From an uncultured Myxococcales bacterium (lineage in GTDB: Bacteria > Myxococcota_A > UBA9042 > DTJE01), in NCBI GenBank assembly GCA_964424165.1, contig CAYRIB010000001.1, positions 13,360-70,300 of the forward strand: 56,941 nucleotides of DNA. The letters are read 5' to 3'. The notes below the pieces were generated by a model that made no database searches, was not told the DNA's origin, and saw only the letters and a program-made list of their open reading frames with translations. Both the position numbers and the translations under genes were made by a program. Below, piece by piece: positions 1 through 9,055 of the stretch; position 1 is the stretch's first letter, and every line of letters begins with the position of its first letter.

Positions 1-855
1 GTGTCCGAGGGAATCGGTTTTGGCATGCTGCTTGCGGTCACCCACGCGGACCGGGACCTGTTCGATCGACTCGCCAAGTTCTACGATGACCACCTCGATG
101 AGTTCGGCCTCATGAACTGGTCGGTCGAGGGGTGCGAGCCCCCGGGCAACAACGGCTCCCACTCGGCCACCGATGCGGATCTCGATGCTGCGATGGCGCT
201 GCTGATGGCTCACGCCCGCTGGGGTAGCTATCTGGAACGGGCCACGAACCTGATCAACACCATTCGTCAACACGCAACGTGCGAACGTTTTCAGCTTCTG
301 GTGCTGCGCCCGGGAGACGCGTGGGGGTCGTGCGACGAAAGCCAGCCCGAAACCAACCCGTCGTACTTCTCGCCGGCCTACTACCGGGCCTTCGCCGCGT
401 TCCTGCCGGATCAGGCCGACTTCTGGAACCGGATGGTCACCGATACCTATATCCTGCTTCAGATCAACCAGGGCACGATGGATGGGCTCGTGTCCGATTG
501 GTGCACCCACGCTGGACAGGTGTCCCGTGAATCGGGATACGGTTACGAGGCCTGTCGGGTGCCGTGGCGCATTGCGATGGACTATGCCTGGAACGGCAGC
601 CCACAGGCCCAAGACATCCTTGATCAACTCCACCAGGCACGGCTTGGTGTCCGGTCCGACAGCAACAGTTGCTTCCTCGGCGGGGATGCATTGACCTCGA
701 TCATCTATTCCCAGGCCGCGTTCGACGCCGCGGTCAGGGCGTGGCTCGATGCCTGGCTCGACGACACCCTGTACTATCCGGCGACCCTGCGCAATCTATA
801 CATGCTTCTGGCCGCGGGGGCCATCATGCCCCCGGGATGCCACGGATCACGCTGA
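1..855 (+). CDS. Glycoside hydrolase family 8 (endoglucanase-like), 5'-truncated by the window edge
   Basis: SEGIGFGML matches the GH8 catalytic-Glu block. ATDADLDAAMALLMAHARW matches the GH8 signature A-[ST]-D-[AG]-D...W at all but one position. WRIAMDYAW block also present. The ORF runs from base 1, so the N-terminus is missing. TGA at 853-855. Confidence 0.7.
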   Translation: MSEGIGFGMLLAVTHADRDLFDRLAKFYDDHLDEFGLMNWSVEGCEPPGNNGSHSATDADLDAAMALLMAHARWGSYLERATNLINTIRQHATCERFQLLVLRPGDAWGSCDESQPETNPSYFSPAYYRAFAAFLPDQADFWNRMVTDTYILLQINQGTMDGLVSDWCTHAGQVSRESGYGYEACRVPWRIAMDYAWNGSPQAQDILDQLHQARLGVRSDSNSCFLGGDALTSIIYSQAAFDAAVRAWLDAWLDDTLYYPATLRNLYMLLAAGAIMPPGCHGSR

Positions 856-2430
856 CTTGTCGGGTGCCCGACGCACCCGCCAACGCTGCCACCCGGTCAT
901 GGCCGCGACGGTCACGCACACCATCAGGCACGCCCACGGCAGCACCGGTCCGACGCTCCGATAGACGCTTCTGCCTTCCCCAATGGGCACGTGGACCACA
1001 TCGGCCCGGCGTTCGTGCAGATCGGTCTCGAACAGGAATTCGCCTTGCGGTGAAACCACGGCCGTGATCCCGGTCATGGTCACTCGCACGAGCGGCACCC
1101 TCATTTCCACTGCCCTCGGATACTGCACCATCAAGTGCTGGCCCGGCTCGCCACTGTCCCCGAACCATGAGTCGTTGGTCAGGTTCACGATCAGGTTGGC
1201 GTCCGTCTCCACGAGCGCTCGGCGGACGAACTCGGGGAACAGGGCCTCGTAGCAAAGCGTCGGCAGGATGCGGGCAGGGGGGATCACCAGAGCCGACACC
1301 TGTTCCCCCCCCTCCATGTCGGACACCTCCTTCACACGGTTCTTCAGGAATGGGAAGGTATCCGACAAGGGCATGTACTCGCCGAAGGCCAGAAGGCGCC
1401 GCTTGTCGTAGCGCGCGGTCTCCTGTCCGTTTCGATCAATCAGGAGCATGCTGTTGCGGCTCTTGTTGCCGGGACGGGTCATGGCCCCGACGATCATCGG
1501 CGTTTCGAGCACGGTCGAAAACCGGTTCAATTCCTTGGAGGCCTCTGCGGCCTGGGCCAGATAGCCCCCTTGGGGCGCTGCATCCAGGGTATAGCGATAC
1601 GGAAAGGCCCCCTCGGGCCAGATGACCGCGTCCACGCCCTGGCCCCGTGCCTGCATCGACAGGCTCTTCAGACGCTCGAATACCTCGTTTCGCTTGGCCG
1701 CACTGCGCTGCTTCTTCTCGGCCGAGGTGATGTCGGGCTGGATGAGTGCCAGCGCCACCTCGTCGTTGGGCATTGTCAGGGTGAGCGGCCTAATCCACCC
1801 GTAGCCGATCCAGGCCGCGACCAGGACCCCGCTGATCCAGGCGGAGCGGCGCCAGTGGGCCCGACCGGACCCAAGGGACTGCGCCAAACTCACGGACACC
1901 GCGGCGCTCACGACCGTGGCCCCCCAGATCCCTAACAAATCCGTGCCCTGCATGAGCAGCGGCACTCGAAAATAGGCGTTGCCCAAGTGGAACGGGAAGA
2001 GCTGCGGCCAGGCGAACTCCTTGGCCACCACAGCCGCGGGCACCAGCCAGATGCCGCGGGCATTCCCGATGGCCGTCCGCGCGAACAGACCCACCAGTCC
2101 CCACCCGATCCCATGCCAGAGAGCAAAGGCGATCAGAACCAGGATCGCGGCCCAGACGGGAAAATCGCTCATGGTGACCGCGGTATGGACGATCCAGTGA
2201 TAGATGGCCGCGCTGGCCACGCTTCCCATGAACCAGCCCGACACGAACGCCGTACGCGAGCGCCCCGCAGACGCCAGCGCCAGCAGCCAAGGAACGAGCG
2301 CCACGGGCGTCAGCCACCACACATTGGCGTCCGGCAACGTCAGGGTCAGCAGGATCGCCGACAGAAGACTGGCCGCTGCTATCCGAACCCCCGGGGATGA
2401 GAAGATGCGGCGGGCGGGGACCATGGACAT
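847..2430 (-). CDS. lnt: Apolipoprotein N-acyltransferase
   Basis: Multi-pass hydrophobic N-terminal half followed by a CN-hydrolase domain (VIWPEGAFP, LLAFGEYMP, LTNDSWFG). ATG at 2430..2428 overlaps the upstream TPR gene stop (TGATG). The TTG at 2481 used by the ORF track is less likely. Convergent 9-nt overlap with the GH8 gene. Confidence 0.85.
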   Translation of the reverse strand: MSMVPARRIFSSPGVRIAAASLLSAILLTLTLPDANVWWLTPVALVPWLLALASAGRSRTAFVSGWFMGSVASAAIYHWIVHTAVTMSDFPVWAAILVLIAFALWHGIGWGLVGLFARTAIGNARGIWLVPAAVVAKEFAWPQLFPFHLGNAYFRVPLLMQGTDLLGIWGATVVSAAVSVSLAQSLGSGRAHWRRSAWISGVLVAAWIGYGWIRPLTLTMPNDEVALALIQPDITSAEKKQRSAAKRNEVFERLKSLSMQARGQGVDAVIWPEGAFPYRYTLDAAPQGGYLAQAAEASKELNRFSTVLETPMIVGAMTRPGNKSRNSMLLIDRNGQETARYDKRRLLAFGEYMPLSDTFPFLKNRVKEVSDMEGGEQVSALVIPPARILPTLCYEALFPEFVRRALVETDANLIVNLTNDSWFGDSGEPGQHLMVQYPRAVEMRVPLVRVTMTGITAVVSPQGEFLFETDLHERRADVVHVPIGEGRSVYRSVGPVLPWACLMVCVTVAAMTGWQRWRVRRAPDKSA

Positions 2431-3134
2431 CACATCTGCTGAAGCAGTCGCTTGCACGCCTGCTTCACGCCGGCATCGCAAGCCTTGCGCAGCTCGGCCT
2501 TGGCGCCTTCGATGTCCCCGGTCTCGAGCAGGGCCAGTCCCAGACCCAGACGGGCGTCGTGCAGGGTGGGCTTGAGGGCCAGGGCCTTACGATAATAATC
2601 GACGGCCTCGGGGAACCTCTTCTCGCGCCAGTAGACGTTGGCCACCTTGAAGGTGGCGTCCACGTTCTTGGGGTGGGTCTTGCAGACCTGCAGGTAGGCC
2701 TTGCAGGCTTCGTCGAGTTTTTCCTGCTCGGCATACAGAATCCCGAGGCCCATCAACGCCTCTTCGTAGTTCTTCTTCAGCGACAGCGCCTTGCGGTAGG
2801 CCTTTTCGGCCGGTTCGAAGAAGCGCAGGCGCCGCAGGACATCGGCCAGGCCCCGGTTGGCTTCGGGCGAGTTCGGCTTGAGGGCGATGGCGGTCTCGTA
2901 GGTCGCGTGCGCCTCGGGAAGTCGTGCCAGCATCTCGTAGGCATAAGCCAGCTTGAGCTGATAGAGGAAGTTGCCCGGTTCCAGGGCCACCGCATTCTGG
3001 AACTTGCCGAGCGCCTCCTCGACACGACCATCGTTCCCCAGCTTCACGCCCTCTTTGTAGAGCGACCGGGACACCTGGGCCCCGGCGCTCGCGGTCCACA
3101 ACAACGTCACCAACACGACCGCCAACCGCTTCAT
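2430..3134 (-). CDS. Secreted TPR-repeat protein
   Basis: Only the last 234 codons of track ORF 2430..4565 are used. ATG at 3134..3132. Signal peptide MKRLAVVLVTLLWTASAGA-QV. Repeated A-x-x-x-Y-x-x-A-L-x-x-x-P TPR units (YRKALSLKKN, YRKALALKPT). Confidence 0.8.
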   Translation of the reverse strand: MKRLAVVLVTLLWTASAGAQVSRSLYKEGVKLGNDGRVEEALGKFQNAVALEPGNFLYQLKLAYAYEMLARLPEAHATYETAIALKPNSPEANRGLADVLRRLRFFEPAEKAYRKALSLKKNYEEALMGLGILYAEQEKLDEACKAYLQVCKTHPKNVDATFKVANVYWREKRFPEAVDYYRKALALKPTLHDARLGLGLALLETGDIEGAKAELRKACDAGVKQACKRLLQQM

Positions 3135-3628
3135 CGCAATCCCTCCGTGAAACCCTCGAACTCTGGCAGAAGCCTCGCAAAGCTGTCCTCGAGGGCCTCG
3201 GGAATGACCCGGGTGTCGGACAGCACGGGAACGAAGTTGGTGTCTCCGTTCCAGCGGGGCACCACGTGCACGTGGACGTGTTCCTCGATCCCGGCACCCG
3301 CGGGGCGCCCCACATTCATCCCGATGTTGAACCCCTGCGGGCGGTACACCCGCTCGATGGCACCGACCGCGTCTCTCACGAGGTCCATGGTGTCCCGCCA
3401 TGCATCGGTTGGCACCGCCAGGGGGCTTGCCACGTGCACGTACGGCACCACCATCAGATGCCCGGACACGTACGGATAACGGTTGAGCACGATGAATGCC
3501 GACCTGCCGCGGTACAGCACCAGGGATTTCACAGACGGCTCCTGCTGCGGCAGCTCGCACAGCACGCACCCCTCGGACTGGCAGGCTGAAACGTATTGCA
3601 TGCGCCAGGGTGCAAACAACTGCTTCAT
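3131..3628 (-). CDS. HIT-family nucleotide hydrolase/transferase (Ap4A phosphorylase-like branch)
   Basis: N-terminal FAPWRMQYV block and histidine triad EEHVHVHVVPRW. ATGA overlap with the TPR gene start at 3131-3134. Confidence 0.85.
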   Translation of the reverse strand: MKQLFAPWRMQYVSACQSEGCVLCELPQQEPSVKSLVLYRGRSAFIVLNRYPYVSGHLMVVPYVHVASPLAVPTDAWRDTMDLVRDAVGAIERVYRPQGFNIGMNVGRPAGAGIEEHVHVHVVPRWNGDTNFVPVLSDTRVIPEALEDSFARLLPEFEGFTEGLR

Positions 3629-3673
3629 GGCTCGTGGACCTCAATCGCCGATCCGGGGGAAAGGCTCGGCAAC

Positions 3674-4930
3674 TCAGGCGCTCTCGGCCTCGCCCGCATA
3701 GAGTACGAGGGGCCTCTCCCCCTGGAGCACGGCCTCTTCGTTGACCACGACTTCCTTGACGTTCTTTTCGCTCGGGATGTCGAACATGACGTCGAGCATC
3801 ACCTTTTCGAGGATGGTGCGCAGGCCACGGGCACCGGCCCCTTGTTCCATCGCGCGCCGCGACACAGCCTTGAGCGCCTCGTCGGTGAAGTGCAGCTTCA
3901 CGCCTTCCATCTCGAACAACTGGCGGTACTGCTTGGTGAGTGCGTTGCGCGGTTCGGTGAGGATCTGGGTGAGTGCCTCTTCGGTCAGTTCGTGCAGCGG
4001 GGAAATCACCGCGATGCGTCCCACGAATTCCGGGATGAGCCCGAACTTGAGCAGGTCCTCGGGCTGGACCTCGCGCAGCAGTGCCCCGATCCCGCCGGTG
4101 TGCGCGGAATGGATGCTCGCCCCGAACCCGATCGAACCGCCACGGACCCGCGCCTCGACGATCTTGTCGAGCCCCACGAAGGCCCCTCCCACGATGAAAA
4201 GGATGTTCGTGGTGTCGATCTGCACGAATTCCTGCTGCGGATGCTTCCGGCCACCCTTGGGGGGCACGTTCGCCACCGTGCCTTCGAGCATCTTGAGCAG
4301 GGCCTGCTGCACGCCTTCCCCGGACACGTCGCGGGTGATCGACGGACTGTCCCCCTTGCGCGCGACCTTGTCGATCTCGTCGATGTAGACGATGCCGCGC
4401 TGCGCGGCCTCCACGTCCCAATCCGCGTTCTGCAACAGGGACAGCAGCACGTTTTCGACGTCCTCGCCCACGTAGCCGGCTTCGGTCAGTGACGTCGCGT
4501 CGGCCATCGAGAACGGGACCTTCAGGATACGAGCCAGGGTCTGGGCAAGCAGCGTCTTGCCGCATCCCGTCGGCCCGAGCATCAGGATGTTGCTCTTTTG
4601 CAGTTCCACGTCCCCGTTCTTGCGACGGGTGTGGGCCTCGATACGCTTGTAGTGATTGTAGACCGCCACGGCCAGGATCTTCTTGGCCAGGTCCTGCCCA
4701 ATCACGTACTCGTCGAGCACGCGCTTGATCTCTTTGGGCCGCGGAAGTCCGGTCTGACGCATGGTACGGCGGTCGCGGTCCGATTCCTCGGCGATGATGT
4801 CATTGCAAAGCCCGACGCACTCGTCGCAGATGTAGACGTTCGGACCGGCGATCAGCCGACGCGCCTGGTGCTGAGTCTTGCCGCAGAAGGAACACAGCAA
4901 CGTTTCCTTCGACTCTTTCTTACGATCCAC
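3674..4930 (-). CDS. clpX: ATP-dependent Clp protease ATP-binding subunit ClpX
   Basis: Zinc-binding N-domain CSFCGK...ICDECV. Walker [25 protein letters not shown] and the C-terminal GARGLR block. Start placed at GTG 4930..4928 ([18 protein letters not shown]), preceded by AGGGGG. The track ORF extends to 5065 with an Arg/Pro-rich, unlikely leader. Confidence 0.9.
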   Translation of the reverse strand: MDRKKESKETLLCSFCGKTQHQARRLIAGPNVYICDECVGLCNDIIAEESDRDRRTMRQTGLPRPKEIKRVLDEYVIGQDLAKKILAVAVYNHYKRIEAHTRRKNGDVELQKSNILMLGPTGCGKTLLAQTLARILKVPFSMADATSLTEAGYVGEDVENVLLSLLQNADWDVEAAQRGIVYIDEIDKVARKGDSPSITRDVSGEGVQQALLKMLEGTVANVPPKGGRKHPQQEFVQIDTTNILFIVGGAFVGLDKIVEARVRGGSIGFGASIHSAHTGGIGALLREVQPEDLLKFGLIPEFVGRIAVISPLHELTEEALTQILTEPRNALTKQYRQLFEMEGVKLHFTDEALKAVSRRAMEQGAGARGLRTILEKVMLDVMFDIPSEKNVKEVVVNEEAVLQGERPLVLYAGEAESA

Positions 4931-4977
4931 AACCGCCCCCTGTCCTGCCCGGGGCACCCCGGGAACATGGGTGTATT

Positions 4978-5478
4978 CTAATCGGTCCGGGGCCCGGAAG
5001 CAAACCTGAGGCGCTTGATGTACGTGTGCAGTGCGTTTCCGGGCCAATAGAAGTCCGGTACGCACGACACCTCGGGATACCCGATCCGGTCGTAGAAGGC
5101 CCGGGTCGCTGCGTACTCGGGGGCACCGGCGGTTTCGACGCGCACGAGCCGTCCCCCCAGCTCGTCCAGGCGGCGCTCCATCTCGACCACCAGGGCCCGG
5201 CCGATCCCCTTGCCCTGGACCCCCGGGTCCACGGCCATCCAGTACAGGTCGTAGGTGCCGATAGTCACGGGGGTCTCGCCGAAGAGGATGTAACCCACCG
5301 GGCGCCCCTCGTCGATGGCGGTCAAGGATCGGTACGTGGTTTCTTCCGCATTGAACACCGCGTCTTCGAGCAACTCGCGCGCCACATGGACCTCATCCGG
5401 GGTGAACACCCCGGTGCGTTGCAGCAGGTCCATGATCGGTTCGACCTCGGCAACCGCGGTTTCGTGAATGGTCAGCAT
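4978..5478 (-). CDS. GNAT-family N-acetyltransferase
   Basis: GNAT motif [12 protein letters not shown] plus [12 protein letters not shown] at 5478..5476 preceded by GGAGAAG, 13 nt after the ATP-grasp stop. Confidence 0.8.
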   Translation of the reverse strand: MLTIHETAVAEVEPIMDLLQRTGVFTPDEVHVARELLEDAVFNAEETTYRSLTAIDEGRPVGYILFGETPVTIGTYDLYWMAVDPGVQGKGIGRALVVEMERRLDELGGRLVRVETAGAPEYAATRAFYDRIGYPEVSCVPDFYWPGNALHTYIKRLRFASGPRTD

Positions 5479-5491
5479 GGCTCTTCTCCGT

Positions 5492-6478
5492 TCATGTGCG
5501 GCGCGCGAGCGCCATCTCCATGATGCGACAAACGACCGCCTGGTGTTCCATTCCAAGAAGCTCGCAACTGCGCATGAAGCCGGCATCCGGGTTCAGGTCG
5601 CAGTTGGCATTGAGATCGATCACAAAGGGGCAACCCGTGGCATCGACCCGAATGTCAATCCGGCCATAGTCGCGCATCGACAAGGCCAAAAAGGCCGAAA
5701 GGGCCGTGTTCGCAATTCGTCGCTGTTCGTCAGGCGACAGGGCCGCCACCACGGAGCTGGTCCCGTCGTATTCCGGTGAATCCGGGGTCCACTTCGCATC
5801 GTAGGTCACGACCTTCGGCAGTCCGGCCGGGAACTTCGAAAAGTCGATTTCACGCAAGGGCAAAACAGCCGGGGGGTCGTTGCCCAGGATCCCGACGTTG
5901 ATCTCGCGGCCATCTACAAACGACTGGATCAGGGCCGCACCACCGAACTGTTCGATGACTTCACCCGCGCGGGCCCGCAGCGAAGACAAATCCCGGGCGA
6001 CCGCGTCCCGCGTGATCCCGATCGAGGCGTCCGTACGAAGGGGCTTCACGATCGCGGGCAGAGGGATACCCTGCCCGGATTTCACGTGCCGCCAGATCTC
6101 GGTGCGCGGCACCGGAACCCCGGCCTTGCGCAGCATGAATGTTGAATGTCCCTTGTCCAGACAGTGCCGCAACGTGCTCGACGACGAGCCTGTGAATGGA
6201 ATCCCTCGGCGTTCCATGATGAACGCGACCGCGGATTCGAACGCGGTGTCCTGGTGAAGCGATTCGACCAGGTTGAACACCCCGTCCGGACGGGCTTCAT
6301 CCAGGACCCGCCGCACGTCCGCCAGGTTCTTGACCAGTTCTCGACGGGTCTCGTACTGTCCCGACGCCTGCAAAGCCCCTGCAATCAGGTCCGAAGATTC
6401 CAGGACTTCGGCCACGTCTGCACTGGTGCCTTCCCCTTCGGAGCCATCATCGTTAGCCAGGACAACAATTCTCTTCAT
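5492..6478 (-). CDS. D-Ala-D-Ala-ligase-like ATP-grasp enzyme
   Basis: Pre-ATP-grasp domain (KRIVVL...FNLVE) and DK..TF.MLRKAGVPVP. AIVKP...ASIGI, FVDGREINVGILG and RIDIRVD...FVIDLNANCDL match the Ddl/ATP-grasp core. ATG at 6478..6476 is preferred over the TTG at 6487. Confidence 0.8.
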   Translation of the reverse strand: MKRIVVLANDDGSEGEGTSADVAEVLESSDLIAGALQASGQYETRRELVKNLADVRRVLDEARPDGVFNLVESLHQDTAFESAVAFIMERRGIPFTGSSSSTLRHCLDKGHSTFMLRKAGVPVPRTEIWRHVKSGQGIPLPAIVKPLRTDASIGITRDAVARDLSSLRARAGEVIEQFGGAALIQSFVDGREINVGILGNDPPAVLPLREIDFSKFPAGLPKVVTYDAKWTPDSPEYDGTSSVVAALSPDEQRRIANTALSAFLALSMRDYGRIDIRVDATGCPFVIDLNANCDLNPDAGFMRSCELLGMEHQAVVCRIMEMALARRT

Positions 6479-6732
6479 TCTGTGCAAAACCCTGTCTAAA
6501 ACCTGGAAGTCCCCTGTTCACACCGATGTCGACCCACGGCCACCCGGGATTTCTTGAACAGGTGAAGGTCGGATTCTCCCACAAGGAATGCACAGGGACA
6601 ACCCCATCGAAGGGTTTGGACTGTTTGGAAAAAGCGGGTTTGTCTACATCTGCACAGGCCCCACCATCATCTGCCTGACTCACATCACCCTAAGATCATC
6701 GGGTCAAGACAAGGACGGACGCCTGAAGAAAA

Positions 6733-8169
6733 CTACCAAATCCCGGTAGTCAGATAGTCATGAATGGATCGAGCTGCCTTGCGACCTTCGCCCATGGCAA
6801 GAATGACCGTGGCAGCGCCCAGAACGATATCGCCACCAGCCCAGACCCCCTTCATGCTGGTGCGTCCATTGTCCGAGTCAGCCACGATATTGCCCCACCG
6901 ATTGGTCTGAATCTGTGGGGTGGTGCGCGGAATCAGGGGATTGGGGCCGTTGCCGATAGCAACCACGACCACGTCCGCGGGGATCTCGAATTCGCTTCCC
7001 GCTAGTGGAACGGGACGACGACGGCCACTGGCATCAGGCTCGCCCAGTTCCATGCGCTGACAACGAACGGAAGTGACCCAACCGGCTGCATCGCCCAGGA
7101 TCTCGATCGCATCCTGAAGCAGCCGGAATTCGATGCCTTCTTCCCGGGCATGATGAATCTCGTCGATTCGGGCGGGCATCTCCTTCTCGGAGCGGCGATA
7201 CAAAATGGTCGAGGTGTCGGCCCCGAGGCGCAGTGCCGTTCTTGCCGCGTCCATGGCCACGTTTCCGCCCCCGAACGTGACCACGTGCCGACCCCGTAGG
7301 ATGGGGGTGTCGGATTCTTCGGGGAATCCATAGGCGTTCATCAGGTTTGCCCGGGTTAGATACTCGTTGGCCGAATAGACGCCGAGCAGGTTTTCGCCCG
7401 GGATCTTCTTGAACATGGGAAGGCCTGCGCCGGTTCCCACGAACACCGCATCGTAACCTTCGGCAAACAGGTCCTCGATCGTACGGGATTGGCCGATGGC
7501 GACATTGGTGACGAGCTTGACGCCAAGGCCGCACAATCCCCGGACCTCCGCGTCTACGATGGCCTTCGGAAGCCGAAACTCCGGGATGCCATACACCAGG
7601 ACACCCCCCGGGCGATGCAAGGCCTCGAACAGCGTGACCTCATGTCCCAGACGCACCAGATCCCCGGCCACGGTCAATCCTGCGGGGCCCGAACCGATCA
7701 CCGCCACCTTCTTGCCGGTCGGAGGCGCGTCCACGGGCTTGACCTCCGGATGATGCGCCAGGTCATAGTCGGCCACGAAGCGTTCGAGGTTTCCGATCTT
7801 CACGGACTGGTGAATGTCCTTGAGGCTCTTGGTCACGGTGCACACCACCTGGCACTGGTCTTCCTGCGGGCACACGCGGCCACACACCGCGGGCAGCACG
7901 TTGGTCTGCTTGACCACCTGTGCGGCTTCGTGGAATTTTCCCTCGGACACCAGACGAATGAATTGAGGGATGTCTACGGCCACGGGGCAGCCCTTGACGC
8001 AGGGCGCGGTCTTGCACATCAAACAACGGGCCGCCTCGGCCTGAGCCATCTCGGGGGTGTAGCCGGTCGGTACCTCGCGGATGTTGTGGCGCCTGACCTC
8101 GGGCCTTTGTTCGGGCATCGGGGTCGGAGGAATGGCAAGGCGCTGTCGCGGAGTCAGGGTTTCAGCCAT
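6733..8169 (-). CDS. NADPH-dependent glutamate-synthase small-subunit-like oxidoreductase (NfnB/SudA type)
   Basis: N-terminal Fe-S cysteine clusters CLMCKTAPCVKGCP and CGRVCPQEDQCQVVC. Two Rossmann motifs: VAVIGSGPAGL and a second in VTFGGGNVAMD. C-terminal WAGGD. Confidence 0.8.
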   Translation of the reverse strand: MAETLTPRQRLAIPPTPMPEQRPEVRRHNIREVPTGYTPEMAQAEAARCLMCKTAPCVKGCPVAVDIPQFIRLVSEGKFHEAAQVVKQTNVLPAVCGRVCPQEDQCQVVCTVTKSLKDIHQSVKIGNLERFVADYDLAHHPEVKPVDAPPTGKKVAVIGSGPAGLTVAGDLVRLGHEVTLFEALHRPGGVLVYGIPEFRLPKAIVDAEVRGLCGLGVKLVTNVAIGQSRTIEDLFAEGYDAVFVGTGAGLPMFKKIPGENLLGVYSANEYLTRANLMNAYGFPEESDTPILRGRHVVTFGGGNVAMDAARTALRLGADTSTILYRRSEKEMPARIDEIHHAREEGIEFRLLQDAIEILGDAAGWVTSVRCQRMELGEPDASGRRRPVPLAGSEFEIPADVVVVAIGNGPNPLIPRTTPQIQTNRWGNIVADSDNGRTSMKGVWAGGDIVLGAATVILAMGEGRKAARSIHDYLTTGIW

Positions 8170-9031
8170 GGGACACCTCGTCGGCCATGCCCTCGAGTTT
8201 GCAGGCGTGCCGTTTCCGTTCTGTTTCCATCGACCGCTTCTCGGCGTCGCGATAGGTGTTCTGTCGCTTCATCATCTCGTCGAAATCCACCAGGTGGCCG
8301 TCGAATTCAGGGCCGTCCACGCACACGAACTTGACCTCGTTGCCCACGGACACACGGCAGCCGCCGCACATGCCCGTGCCATCAACCATGATGGTGTTGA
8401 GACTGACGAGCGTCTTGATGTTCTTGGCACGGGTCACCTCGGCCACGTTCTTCATCATGATCGGAGGCCCGATGGCCACCACGAGGTCCATGGGGTCTGG
8501 GCGGCTGATCAGTTCCTTCAGGGCATCGGTCACGAAGCCCTTTCGACCCGCGGACCCGTCATCGGTCATGACCAGGACCTCGTCGGACAGGGCGCGCATC
8601 TCGGGTTCGAGGATCAGCAGGTCTTTCGAACGGGCACCGAGGATCGAAATCACCCGGTTTCCAGCCTGCTTCATGGCCTGTGCGATCGGATGAAGCGGGG
8701 CGATCCCGATGCCGCCCCCAACTGCGATCACGGTGCCGAAACGTGCGACGTGAGTGGGACGGCCCAAGGGGCCGGCGATGTCGGACAGGGCGTCTGAAGG
8801 GGTCAGCAGACTCATCTGCGTGGTGGTGGTGCCCACCACCTGGTAGATCAGGGTCACGGTGCCCGATTTGGGGTCCGCATCGGCAATGGTCAGCGGGATG
8901 CGCTCCGACGTGGGTGTGGGCCGCACGATGACGAACTGTCCGGCATGTCGATGGCGGGCCACTTCCGGGGCGGACACCAGCATTCGGAAGACCTGTGGCG
9001 CTATGCGCACATTTTCGAGGATCGCGGCCAT
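8162..9031 (-). CDS. PyrK/SudB/NfnA-type FAD plus [2Fe-2S] electron-transfer subunit
   Basis: Ferredoxin-reductase-like fold (RIPLTIAD, VGGGIGIAP). C-terminal cluster motif GTGMCGGCRV...CVDGPEF. ATG preceded by GAAGGAG. 8-nt overlap (ATGGCTGA) with the downstream NfnB-like gene. Confidence 0.8.
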   Translation of the reverse strand: MAAILENVRIAPQVFRMLVSAPEVARHRHAGQFVIVRPTPTSERIPLTIADADPKSGTVTLIYQVVGTTTTQMSLLTPSDALSDIAGPLGRPTHVARFGTVIAVGGGIGIAPLHPIAQAMKQAGNRVISILGARSKDLLILEPEMRALSDEVLVMTDDGSAGRKGFVTDALKELISRPDPMDLVVAIGPPIMMKNVAEVTRAKNIKTLVSLNTIMVDGTGMCGGCRVSVGNEVKFVCVDGPEFDGHLVDFDEMMKRQNTYRDAEKRSMETERKRHACKLEGMADEVSHG

Positions 9032-9055
9032 CTCAGGACTCCTTCGAGGGTTTGA

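Noticed and set aside
3135-4565. Upstream 476 codons of the 711-aa track ORF 2430..4565 (minus strand)
   Set aside because: It reads through the HIT and clpX genes in an alternate frame and is extremely Arg/Gly/Pro/His-rich. Only the last 234 codons (the TPR protein, with its own ATG and signal peptide) look real.
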